A DNA stretch of 64,000 nucleotides from an uncultured bacterium (lineage in GTDB: Bacteria > Bacillota > Clostridia > Christensenellales > CAG-917): the NCBI GenBank assembly GCA_949432885.1, contig CASQXY010000005.1, forward strand, positions 25,619-89,618. Direction: 5' to 3'. The position numbers and the translations under genes were made by a program. Under the pieces are notes generated by a model. It ran no database searches. It was not told where the DNA came from and worked only from the letters and a program-made list of their open reading frames with translations. Positions 1-7,588 of this stretch are shown piece after piece (positions within the stretch are counted from its first letter, which is position 1; every line of letters begins with the position of its first letter).

Positions 1-857
1 CGCGCACGTCGGAATTGACCTGTAAAAATGATTTTGGAGACACCTTTGCATAAAACTGCCCCAAATTCTGCTTTTCCTCCCTGCCGTATATCAATTTTAC
101 GTCGCGCAGAATAACGTTGTCCGCCTTGGTATTTTCGGATATATAAAGAGTGAATTTTTCAAAGCGTAATTTCAATCGTCTGATAAGCTCCTCGCAATGC
201 GGAAGTCTGTTCCCGTTTATAACGAAAGTCACGGACATAGCGTCTAACTTTCGCGCAACAAGATGTCTCAAAAGTCCTCTTTTCGTATCTTCGCTATAAA
301 CAGAGACGGCAAATTCGTTTGCCCATTCAGTGACGATTTTTATTAAGTCCGCCGCCCATTGTCCGTGCAGAGGGCAGTATTTTATAGGCACTACGCGATG
401 CGATTTTTTCTGATAGAAACCCAGCGAAATGCGCCTGCTTCTGCTGTTATATGCAAACGGCAGCGAAAGCTTATTGCGGTATTCCCAGTTATTCAGTCTC
501 ACGGGGACAGGGACTTCGATATCTATATTGCCGAATTTTTTAAGCGCTACCTTTACGCAGTCCCGTTTGCAGGAAAGCTGAAGCGGAGTCGACATATGCT
601 GCATATCGCAGCCGCCGCATTCGCCGAAGTAAGGACACAGCGGTTTTGTCCTGTCCTCCGACGGATTTATGACCTCGACAAGCTCCCCGAACGCGCAGTC
701 CTTTTTGACATAATTCACACGCACGCGCACTTTTTCGCCCTTTATTGCGTAAGGGACAAACACGGGTATGCCGCCGAATTTGACAATACCCTCTCCGTCG
801 CTTCCGAAATCCGCGACAATGCCCTCGATAATATCGCCGACAATCAAATCCGTCATA
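1..857 (-). CDS. 23S rRNA (uracil-5-)-methyltransferase, RlmD/RumA family; N-terminal ~285 aa only, 3' end runs off the left edge
   Basis: Not in the ORF track because it is open at the window edge. Hand translation from the ATG at 857 gives MTDLIVGDIIEGIVADFGSDGEGIVKFGGIPVFVPYAIKGEKVRVRV (TRAM-like domain). It is followed by CPYFGECGGCDMQH, the Fe-S cysteine cluster typical of RumA-type methyltransferases. Confidence 0.75.
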
Positions 858-921
858 ACTCCCAAAACAATCGTTCAGTCACGTATATCAACAAATACTT
901 TGCGCAAAAAAGGCAATAAAA

Positions 922-961
922 ACGGTTATGCCGCGGGCATAAGACAGCAAGGCATAACCGT
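922..961 (-). terminator. Intrinsic terminator downstream of pfk
   Basis: ACGGTTATGCC (922-932) pairs with GGCATAACCGT (951-961). On the minus strand the stem is followed by TTTTTATTGCCTTTTTT. Confidence 0.6.
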
Positions 962-968
962 CAACAGA

Positions 969-2216
969 TTACAGAACCGCGAAAACCTTTTTGAGCTTGG
1001 CAAATCTGGGCAAGCCATCTTCGAGAGGAGCTTTCGCGTCGCCTTGAATCAGAGGCAAAGCATACTCTATAAACTCGTCGCCGACGTACGAGCCGTCGTT
1101 TGTAATCCATTCGAGCGGCACTTTCTTTTCGGTGTTGGCGGCAAGTTCAAGAGGCATAAGCACATTTTTGCACACGTAGTTGCCCTTCTCGTCGTTCTCT
1201 CTCTTGAATATAACCATCTTATCAGTCTCGCCCTCGACAGCGCTTCTGACCGCAAACGCCCCTGCGTTAAACGCCTCTTCCACGTCCGTTTTGGAAGCGA
1301 GATGCGCTCCGCAGCGTTGCATGAGGCTGAGTTCTATCGGACGGACCTTTACGCCCAGTCTTTCTTTCACAATACCCGCAAGCGTCTGAGCAAGACCTCC
1401 GAGCTGTGCGTGTCCGAAAGTATCGTTTTGCGATACCGTGCATTCCGCGACATATTTACCCTCGGCATTTTTCAATCCCTCGGAGACCGCAACTATGCAC
1501 TTATTGTCGTTCTTCTCGCAAACGCCCTTGACGGATTCCACAAACTTATCGATGTCAAACGGAACTTCTGGAAGATAAATCAAATCCGCGCCGAGCCCCT
1601 TATAGCCCGCAAGCGCGGCGGCGGCTGTGAGCCAGCCTGCATTTCTGCCCATAATTTCAAGGATGCACACCTGTCCGAAGTTGTACACTTTGGCGTCGAG
1701 ATTGCATTCCATAATAGTATTCGCTATATACTTTGCCGCGCTGGCGTATCCGGGGCAGTGGTCAGTGCCGTAAAGGTCGTTGTCTATGGTCTTGGGCACG
1801 CCGATAACGTTGCACTCATACCCCACGGACTGCATATATTTGCTGACCTTATTGCACGTGTCCATGCTGTCGTTTCCGCCGTTGTAGAAGAAATAGCGGA
1901 TATTGTATTTCTTGAAAACTTCGAGTATACGTTTGTAGTCCGAATCGTCGACGTCCGCGTCTTTAAGTTTGTATCTCGCCGAGCCAAGCGCCGATGACGG
2001 CGTATATTTTAGCAATTCGATTTCCTTCGGGTCCTCCTTGGACATATCGAAAAATTTCTCATTGAGAATACCCACAATTCCGTGCTCCGCGCCGTAAACA
2101 GCGGTAATATTCCCCTGTCTCAACGCCTCCGTAAAAACGCCCGCCGCGCTGCTGTTGATGACGGAGGTAGGACCTCCGCTCTGACCGAACATACACGCGC
2201 CAACCAAATTTTTCAT
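969..2216 (-). CDS. pfkA: 6-phosphofructokinase, PfkA family (long clostridial/spirochaetal type; phosphoryl donor ATP or PPi uncertain)
   Basis: Motifs FGQSGGPTSVINSS, YNGGNDSMDT, GVPKTIDNDL and EIMGRNAGWL are present. The ATG at 2216 is preceded by GAAGGAG 8 nt upstream; the longer ORF start at 2237 has no SD. Confidence 0.9.
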   Translation of the reverse strand: MKNLVGACMFGQSGGPTSVINSSAAGVFTEALRQGNITAVYGAEHGIVGILNEKFFDMSKEDPKEIELLKYTPSSALGSARYKLKDADVDDSDYKRILEVFKKYNIRYFFYNGGNDSMDTCNKVSKYMQSVGYECNVIGVPKTIDNDLYGTDHCPGYASAAKYIANTIMECNLDAKVYNFGQVCILEIMGRNAGWLTAAAALAGYKGLGADLIYLPEVPFDIDKFVESVKGVCEKNDNKCIVAVSEGLKNAEGKYVAECTVSQNDTFGHAQLGGLAQTLAGIVKERLGVKVRPIELSLMQRCGAHLASKTDVEEAFNAGAFAVRSAVEGETDKMVIFKRENDEKGNYVCKNVLMPLELAANTEKKVPLEWITNDGSYVGDEFIEYALPLIQGDAKAPLEDGLPRFAKLKKVFAVL

Positions 2217-2412
2217 AAAACAAACTCCTTCCCGCACAGCGGTGATAATGCTATGGATATATAATAATATACAATCAATGTAAATTCAAGCGTATTTCCA
2301 ATTATTGTAACCGCGTTCTCCTCTGCACATTCGATATTAAAATTCTGACTAATTACATTATAAATCATTAGAAACGTTTGTTGCATTTGACAGATCATTA
2401 TGCTAAACAATG

Positions 2413-2524
2413 CTTGTCACACAATCTAAATATATTTTCCTAGTTGGACAACACGGCTACCTTTGGCAGTTCAGTGTATCCACCTATTTCGTGTTAGAAA
2501 ATTAGGATTAGATTGTGTGACAAC
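2413..2524. repeat. Perfect 16-bp inverted repeat (TTGTCACACAATCTAA / TTAGATTGTGTGACAA) enclosing 80 bp, with nested inner pairings
   Basis: Read directly from the sequence. Inner complementary pairs are TCCTA/TAGGA and AACACG/CGTGTT. It lies in the 407-bp AT-rich gap upstream of the lipoprotein gene. Confidence 0.7.
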
Positions 2525-2542
2525 ATTCGGATGCGCTGCTGC

Positions 2543-2570
2543 GTGCGTCACGAATGTGGCGCACTTTTTT
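2543..2570 (+). terminator. Intrinsic terminator-like hairpin inside the 5' leader of the lipoprotein gene
   Basis: GTGCGTC-acgaatgt-GGCGCAC forms 7 bp including one G-T pair, followed by TTTTTT. It sits 75 nt upstream of the ATG at 2645. Confidence 0.5.
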
Positions 2571-2644
2571 AATATAAAAAATTGCGATTGTTATGGATAA
2601 TGCGGCAAGCAAACAAAATCCGACCTTGCCGAATAGGAGGATAA

Positions 2645-3349
2645 ATGAAACACACAACGCGCAAACACATTAAAGCGATTCCGCTTTGCCTTATCGCTCT
2701 GCTGCTGACCGCCTTTATGCTCGTCTGCCTCGTAGCCTGCGGCGAAAACGACAACGGCACAACCCCCGGCGGAACGACTCTCGGCGATGGAGACGATACA
2801 CCGCAAACAGCTCAACTCGTAACACTTTTTGAAAAACTTATAGGATATACGCTTGCCAACGGGTCAGACAGCAACGAGATTATGCTTGGTTTAATTTACT
2901 ACAACGATAACGGTAATTCGTATGAAGAAATATCCGATTTTGGAGAAGGAATATTAGGATATATCGTATTAAGTTTAGAAAACGACGATACAAATTGTTA
3001 TGCATTTATTTATGAAAATAGTGCACAGGCTTCTTCCTGCTTAGATTCGGTTCAAGACTTTGCAGAGTACGTCTATCAATCTGAAAATCTCATAATTGCA
3101 GAAACCGTCGAGGGTTTTTATAACAGTACGCTCAATACAGCTTCTACAGAAGGTTCTATTTCCGTTGATGCGTTAAATTTTATTAAATCAAATTTGCAAT
3201 TAGCCATTGCCGATGATGTTAACAATTCGATAAATTTCTTAACCGTGGGTGAATATTTATCTTTTGAAAATGCCATATATCCTATCATAGGCAACTGCGA
3301 ATCTAGCTTTTATTATTGTTCTGATTCTGCAATATCAGCCGAGATATAG
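2645..3349 (+). CDS. Putative lipoprotein, unknown function
   Basis: Signal peptide with lipobox: MKHTTRKHIKAIPLCLIALLLTAFMLVCLVAC|GEND. Strong SD AGGAGGATAA lies before the ATG. Composition is low-GC. Confidence 0.7.
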   Translation: MKHTTRKHIKAIPLCLIALLLTAFMLVCLVACGENDNGTTPGGTTLGDGDDTPQTAQLVTLFEKLIGYTLANGSDSNEIMLGLIYYNDNGNSYEEISDFGEGILGYIVLSLENDDTNCYAFIYENSAQASSCLDSVQDFAEYVYQSENLIIAETVEGFYNSTLNTASTEGSISVDALNFIKSNLQLAIADDVNNSINFLTVGEYLSFENAIYPIIGNCESSFYYCSDSAISAEI

Positions 3350-3447
3350 AATATAAAAATAACAAAATAGACACATATTATTCTAGCGATAGTTATATTT
3401 CTGTTAAAGACGACGGTACGTATGCTTACTTTAAGGACAAAGCTACT

Positions 3448-4026
3448 ATGATTTTTGAAGAAGATGAAAGCGGAAAAGGATATTTGCTGTCCCGTTACCG
3501 CTTTGATACCGAAGAAGAGCGCAATCTTGTCATACCAGAACAATATAACGGCCAACCCGTTATAGGGTTATCTTCTTGGAATCTATCTGAGGTACTTATG
3601 GGAATAAAAAGTATTCATATTCCCAAAACGGTTATAAAGGGACTGCGTAATTTGCGCGGTAGCGGCGGTGCGAATATTGAACAAATCACTGTTGATGCAG
3701 AAACCCCCGCGTATCATATGTCCGGTAATTGCTTAATTGACACAGAAAGCAAAACATTGATATGCGGCTTTGGTAACAGCGTTATTCCGACAGACGGAAG
3801 CGTAACAAGTATAGCATATGGGGCATTTGTTTTTTGCGAGAATCTCATAAGTATAATAATTCCCGACAGCGTTATAACTATCGGTTCTCACACCTTTTAC
3901 GGTTGCTCAAATTTAAGCACAATTTACTGTATGGCAGAAAGTAAACCGGAAGGATGGGATAATTCTTGGTTGGAAGATTGCGAAGCCGAAGTAGTTTGGG
4001 GATACAATCCCTCGGACGATCAGTAA
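3448..4026 (+). CDS. BspA-type leucine-rich-repeat (LRR_5-like) protein, no signal peptide; possibly the 3' half of a split gene
   Basis: Repeats such as IPDSVITIGSHTFYGCSNLSTIY, VTSIAYGAFVFCENLISIIIP and LVIPEQYNGQPVIGL are present. The reading frame is open upstream to 3325 without any ATG/GTG/TTG. Confidence 0.7.
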   Translation: MIFEEDESGKGYLLSRYRFDTEEERNLVIPEQYNGQPVIGLSSWNLSEVLMGIKSIHIPKTVIKGLRNLRGSGGANIEQITVDAETPAYHMSGNCLIDTESKTLICGFGNSVIPTDGSVTSIAYGAFVFCENLISIIIPDSVITIGSHTFYGCSNLSTIYCMAESKPEGWDNSWLEDCEAEVVWGYNPSDDQ

Positions 4027-4054
4027 CAATTAAATTTATCACCAATCAAATCGC

Positions 4055-4081
4055 AAAATCCGCAGTTCATCTGCGGATTTT
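4055..4081. terminator. Bidirectional intrinsic terminator hairpin; an identical second copy lies at 4238-4264
   Basis: AAAATCCGCAG-ttcat-CTGCGGATTTT forms an 11-bp stem. The flanking A-run and T-run make it a terminator on either strand. It is 29 nt after the LRR gene stop. Confidence 0.75.
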
Positions 4082-4388
4082 GTACGTTAGCACGAAGCGC
4101 ACACCAAGCAAAACGTCGGGCGGAACATAGCAGGAGTTTACAACGTAGATTTGAATTGATAGCCAACAACGGTTTGCGCGGTAGCGAATCTAAAATCAAG
4201 CCGTCGCTATAAATACAGTAACTTTTAAGGCTTATATAAAATCCGCAGTTCATCTGCGGATTTTGTACGTTAGCACGAAGCGCACACCAAGCAAAACGTC
4301 GGGCGGAACATAGCAGGAGTTTACAACGTAGATTTGAATTGATAGCCAACAACGGTTTGCGCGGTAGCGAATCTAAAATCAAGCCGTC
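4055..4388. repeat. Tandem direct repeat: two identical 151-bp units (4055-4205 and 4238-4388) separated by a 32-bp spacer
   Basis: A base-by-base comparison shows the two copies are identical. Each unit is the terminator hairpin plus about 124 nt of unique sequence. Confidence 0.95.
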
Positions 4389-4444
4389 ACTTTGGCAATG
4401 CTTGCCTGCAAGCGTTGCCGTGTGACTTGCGCTGATTTTAGATT
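4370..4444. other. 75-nt extended near-perfect hairpin (27 bp in four helices)
   Basis: Pairings are AATCTAAAATCA (4370-4381)/TGATTTTAGATT (4433-4444), GTCAC (4386-4390)/GTGAC (4422-4426), GGCAA (4394-4398)/TTGCC (4415-4419) and GCTTG (4400-4404)/CAAGC (4409-4413), with loop CCTG. The hairpin overlaps the end of repeat copy 2 and the stop codon of the small minus-strand ORF. Confidence 0.8.
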
Positions 4445-4626
4445 GTATGGTTGCAGAAACAGTTTCTTCCGTCATCATCGTCGTTATCCGTCGATGGCAC
4501 GTTGGTTATAGTAAGCGCAAAGAGTATCGCAAGCATAACGATAGCTTCGCGGTTGCTTATCTCCCCGTCCGAGAAGAACGCCAGCATAACAATGAGTAAA
4601 AACAGATACCAGTTATCGTTGAACAT
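4438..4626 (-). CDS. Possible small (62 aa) membrane protein with an acidic/Cys C-terminal tail
   Basis: Sequence is MFNDNWYLFLLIVMLAFFSDGEISNREAIVMLAILFALTITNVPSTDNDDDDGRNCFCNHTI. It has two short hydrophobic segments and GGGTGG lies 4 nt before the ATG. It is divergent from the arsR-family gene. I recognise no homology. Confidence 0.3.
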   Translation of the reverse strand: MFNDNWYLFLLIVMLAFFSDGEISNREAIVMLAILFALTITNVPSTDNDDDDGRNCFCNHTI

Positions 4627-4768
4627 ATATCCACCCGTGATTTTTTATCAAAATATGAACTCGTATGCTCAAATGTGCAAATGCGCCGATAGAATCTATA
4701 TCCAAAATACCGAAAATATCGACAAAAGTTTTCAAAATCGGCGGAACGCTCCGTATTACAATACGGAT

Positions 4769-5101
4769 ATGGAAAACTTGATTGACAATGACAGCGAGGA
4801 AACCGTCGTTCGCTACATACCGCGCAACGCAACCCTTTACGCTCTTTCGGAGTTCTTTTCGGCGTGCAGCGACGTTACGAGAACAAAAATCATCTGCGCG
4901 CTTGCCATATCAGAAATGTGCGTGACCGATTTGAGCCGCATACTCGAAATCAATCAGACGACCTGCTCCCACCAGCTCAGGCTGCTCCGCGCGGCGGATA
5001 TAGTAAAGCAGCGCCGCGACGGCAAAATCATATACTATTCTCTAAAAAACCGCAAAATCGAGGACGTATTGCTCGCAGGCGTGGAATTTTTGGATTTATA
5101 A
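4769..5101 (+). CDS. ArsR/SmtB-family metalloregulatory transcription repressor
   Basis: The winged HTH is FFSACSDVTRTKIICALAISEMCVTDLSRILEINQTTCSHQLRLLRAADIVKQRRDGKIIYYSL, with the CVTDL motif at the alpha3 position. The start is set at the MENLIDN ATG (4769); the upstream part of the ORF-track ORF is antisense to the small ORF. An imperfect palindrome ATATGAAC-N8-GCTCAAAT at 4653-4676 is a possible operator. Confidence 0.8.
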   Translation: MENLIDNDSEETVVRYIPRNATLYALSEFFSACSDVTRTKIICALAISEMCVTDLSRILEINQTTCSHQLRLLRAADIVKQRRDGKIIYYSLKNRKIEDVLLAGVEFLDL

Positions 5102-5118
5102 ATATATATGTTCGACAT

Positions 5119-5154
5119 AAAAAAACGGCGGTCAATCATCACCGTCGTTTTTTT
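5119..5154. terminator. Bidirectional terminator between the convergent arsR-family and membrane-protein genes
   Basis: AAAAAAA-ACGGCGGT-caatcatc-ACCGTCGT-TTTTTTT. Confidence 0.7.
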
Positions 5155-5821
5155 CATTTCCGATAGCATTTTCTTCGTTCCCTAACCTATACTCTTCAAA
5201 CGGACTGTCCAAATCCGATGCACTGACTTCATCGTCATCGTCGTCGGGAAGGATAGGTCCGGCTTTATCTTTGGCGGGCGCGCGCAAAGCCTTTTCTATG
5301 AGCGGAATAAGTCTGGAATACACGAGTTGCAACACGTAGTCTATTGCAACAAGCGCAACGGTTCCGACAAGCGCCACCGCCCAGTATGAAATCTTCTCCA
5401 TTATCGCCGCGTCAATCATAATCGTGTGACAGACGAAGTACAAAAGCGCGAGCGCGCCGTTGATATAAACAATCTTGACTGGCAGGGCTATAAACCATTT
5501 CACCTTACGGTTGCACATTATGCCCGTAATGAGAGCCATAGGACCGAAGTACGCGACGTAACCTACGACTGTGTATATATCCCCTGCAATGACAAACCCA
5601 AGCGCGGCGGAGACTGCATACGCAAAAAATCCCGAAAGATAATACTTCCTTGTGAGCGGAACCATAATTGCAACGGACGCGGCAACGTAGAATGCGATTG
5701 TACTGAATCTTACAATCACACTCAGCCACACAAACAGCAACGCAATCGCCGCCGATATGCCCGAAAGAGCCAACCTGTATATGACGTCCTGTCGACTGGT
5801 TTTGTATTTTCGCTTTGTCAT
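5132..5821 (-). CDS. Polytopic membrane protein of unknown function with an acidic C-terminal tail
   Basis: There are about 6 hydrophobic segments and the C-terminus is PDDDDDEVSASDLDSPFEEY. I recognise no catalytic motif. Confidence 0.6.
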   Translation of the reverse strand: MTKRKYKTSRQDVIYRLALSGISAAIALLFVWLSVIVRFSTIAFYVAASVAIMVPLTRKYYLSGFFAYAVSAALGFVIAGDIYTVVGYVAYFGPMALITGIMCNRKVKWFIALPVKIVYINGALALLYFVCHTIMIDAAIMEKISYWAVALVGTVALVAIDYVLQLVYSRLIPLIEKALRAPAKDKAGPILPDDDDDEVSASDLDSPFEEYRLGNEENAIGNEKNDGDD

Positions 5822-5979
5822 TATTTAATTTGGTTTAATCTAGAATTACTAAAATTTATAAAACGCGAGATTTTGTTTATAGGCGCGAAAGAAGCGTTGT
5901 TGCAAACCGCCTACCGTACTTATCGTACACGACGGTGCGCAAACGTGCTTCTGACAATGTATATCACAAAATATCGCTT

Positions 5980-6624
5980 TTAGCAACAACGGATAAGGTC
6001 GCCGCCCATACACTCGCAACAGCAGTCCGCGCACCAAAGCGCCTGACATGCCGCGCAGCAGCCGTCGGTTGCGGAAGCCTGCTGTGAATAACTGCGCTCG
6101 GACGAGGTCGTCGTGGAATTGTTGGAATACACGCCTTGACTTCCTTCCTTATCATAAGGACGCGAACCGTCGATTTTCTTTTTCAGATTATCGAGAGCGC
6201 GGCGGTATTTCTCGTTGTCGGGCTCCATCTGCAAAGCGATTTCCAGTTGTTTTTTACTGTCGTTGAGCCAGTTTTTCTCATAAAAAACTATGGACTGGAA
6301 ATAATGCCATTCCGCTCCGCGATAGGAAATCCTGTCAAGCTCGCGTTGCGCTCTCTCGGGGTCTTTATCGCGTATAGCCTGCTTTACGCCCTCGTAGGAC
6401 GATTCGCCCTCTCCCGAAACGGTAGCGTTTTCATGGGACATTTCCATCGCCTGCTGATAAGCGCTGTCAAGCACCGCAAGCATTCGCGCCGCTTCCGCTC
6501 CGCTCTCGCCTTCGTCGAACACACGCTCTTGATAATACGCGCGCTTCTCCTTGTACGCCTCCAAAATCTCGTTCTGCGACGCATTCCTGTCCACGCCCAG
6601 AATCACAAACGGGTTAATTGGCAT
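5980..6624 (-). CDS. J-like domain protein lacking HPD, with a TPR-like middle region and a C-terminal cysteine string
   Basis: The N-terminus NPFVILGVDRNASQNEILEAYKEKRAYYQERVF aligns to J-domain helices I-II, but QER replaces HPD. The tail DGCCAACQALWCADCCCECMGGDLIRCC has 11 Cys in 28 residues. Confidence 0.7.
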   Translation of the reverse strand: MPINPFVILGVDRNASQNEILEAYKEKRAYYQERVFDEGESGAEAARMLAVLDSAYQQAMEMSHENATVSGEGESSYEGVKQAIRDKDPERAQRELDRISYRGAEWHYFQSIVFYEKNWLNDSKKQLEIALQMEPDNEKYRRALDNLKKKIDGSRPYDKEGSQGVYSNNSTTTSSERSYSQQASATDGCCAACQALWCADCCCECMGGDLIRCC

Positions 6625-7463
6625 TTTTCTTCTCCTTTGAGCAGACGCTCCATTTGCATTTTCAAGCCGAGATAAACCGTGTTGCTCAACACGCCTTCAT
6701 ACAGCTTGACGTCCATCATATTATAGCTCCCGACCAGCTTATTATAGGTAGAACCTAACAGAAACGCCAGTTCATCAGCGTTTTCCGCAAGATAATCTGC
6801 CTTTTTATCACATTTTCCATAATTTAGCAAAATCGGATTATATCGGTTTTTACGGCTGTCCTTCTCCACGTCGTCCACCGCGTCGAGCAGGTAAACCATG
6901 CGCCCGAGGTTGTACGTGAAATCGTCGATAACGCTGTCCGTATCCGCAAGCTCCCGCGTGATGTCCCGCATCAGCGAAGCAAAGCAGTCCGCAACCTTGT
7001 CTATACTGTCGCACCTTTCCTTTTCGAGCGCGTTGAGCCTTGCAAAGCTCTCCTTCATAAGCGCATTTATCTTCGGCAGTCTCCTCGCCGCGGCTCGCTT
7101 TCTCAAAGCAAGCCGCCATTTGATGAGTATCCTCGACTTTTTGCCGTCGGTCACGTCGTCCTCGGCGTTATAATAAACGAGCATCGCCGCAAGGTCCGCC
7201 ATTTTCAAAGACAGCTCGTCGGGTACCGCAATAACTTTTTTCCTGCCGTTGTATACGCACAGCTTTCTTTCAAACTTTATTTCACAATCGGTGATGCAGT
7301 GCAACAGCACGTTGTAAAAAGTTATATCGTAATTGGTGCAAAGTCTTGTAATCTGAGCCCCCGTCTTTGATAGCGCCTTGCAAAGTCCGCAATAGAAAGC
7401 CTGAAAGACATTGAAGTCTTTTATAAACATATTGTTTTTATCAGGTATAACGTATCCGAACAT
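6603..7463 (-). CDS. DUF5685-like protein (conserved clostridial unknown)
   Basis: The N-terminus is MFGYVIPDKNNMFIKDFNVFQAFYCGLCKAL, which I recall as the hallmark of DUF5685. It overlaps the downstream J-like gene by 22 nt. Confidence 0.6.
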   Translation of the reverse strand: MFGYVIPDKNNMFIKDFNVFQAFYCGLCKALSKTGAQITRLCTNYDITFYNVLLHCITDCEIKFERKLCVYNGRKKVIAVPDELSLKMADLAAMLVYYNAEDDVTDGKKSRILIKWRLALRKRAAARRLPKINALMKESFARLNALEKERCDSIDKVADCFASLMRDITRELADTDSVIDDFTYNLGRMVYLLDAVDDVEKDSRKNRYNPILLNYGKCDKKADYLAENADELAFLLGSTYNKLVGSYNMMDVKLYEGVLSNTVYLGLKMQMERLLKGEEKCQLTRL

Positions 7464-7588
7464 CGTTCACTCTTCTATTATTACTTTGCGCCCGTCATAT
7501 TAAACGGACGTTAAAGGGCAATTCGCCGCGGCGTTCAAAATGCGAACACAAAATCGCTCAAACCGAATTGAACTTCTCACTGTCGCAA

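Noticed and set aside
359-1997. Plus-strand ORFs 359-919 (186 aa) and 768-1997 (409 aa).
   Set aside because: They are antisense shadows of the rlmD-like and pfk genes. Their composition is Arg/His/Phe-rich nonsense and they carry no motifs, while the minus-strand frames have clear family signatures.
2413-2524. IS element, MITE or invertible promoter call for the 16-bp inverted repeat.
   Set aside because: There is no transposase or recombinase anywhere in the window and no target-site duplication. The 80-bp interior lacks a convincing promoter. I kept it as an unclassified structured element in the findings rather than calling it a mobile element.
4055-4388. CRISPR array considered here, and likewise for the repeat at 47984-48115.
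   Set aside because: There are only 2 to 2.3 copies. The repeat units (151 and 57 bp) are far longer than CRISPR repeats. There are no unique 25-40 bp spacers alternating with short repeats, and no cas genes are in the window.
4020-4478. A 152-aa minus-strand ORF with an internally duplicated sequence.
   Set aside because: It exists only because it reads through the two identical 151-bp DNA repeats. It crosses two terminator hairpins and has no SD. It is an artefact of the repeat, not a gene.
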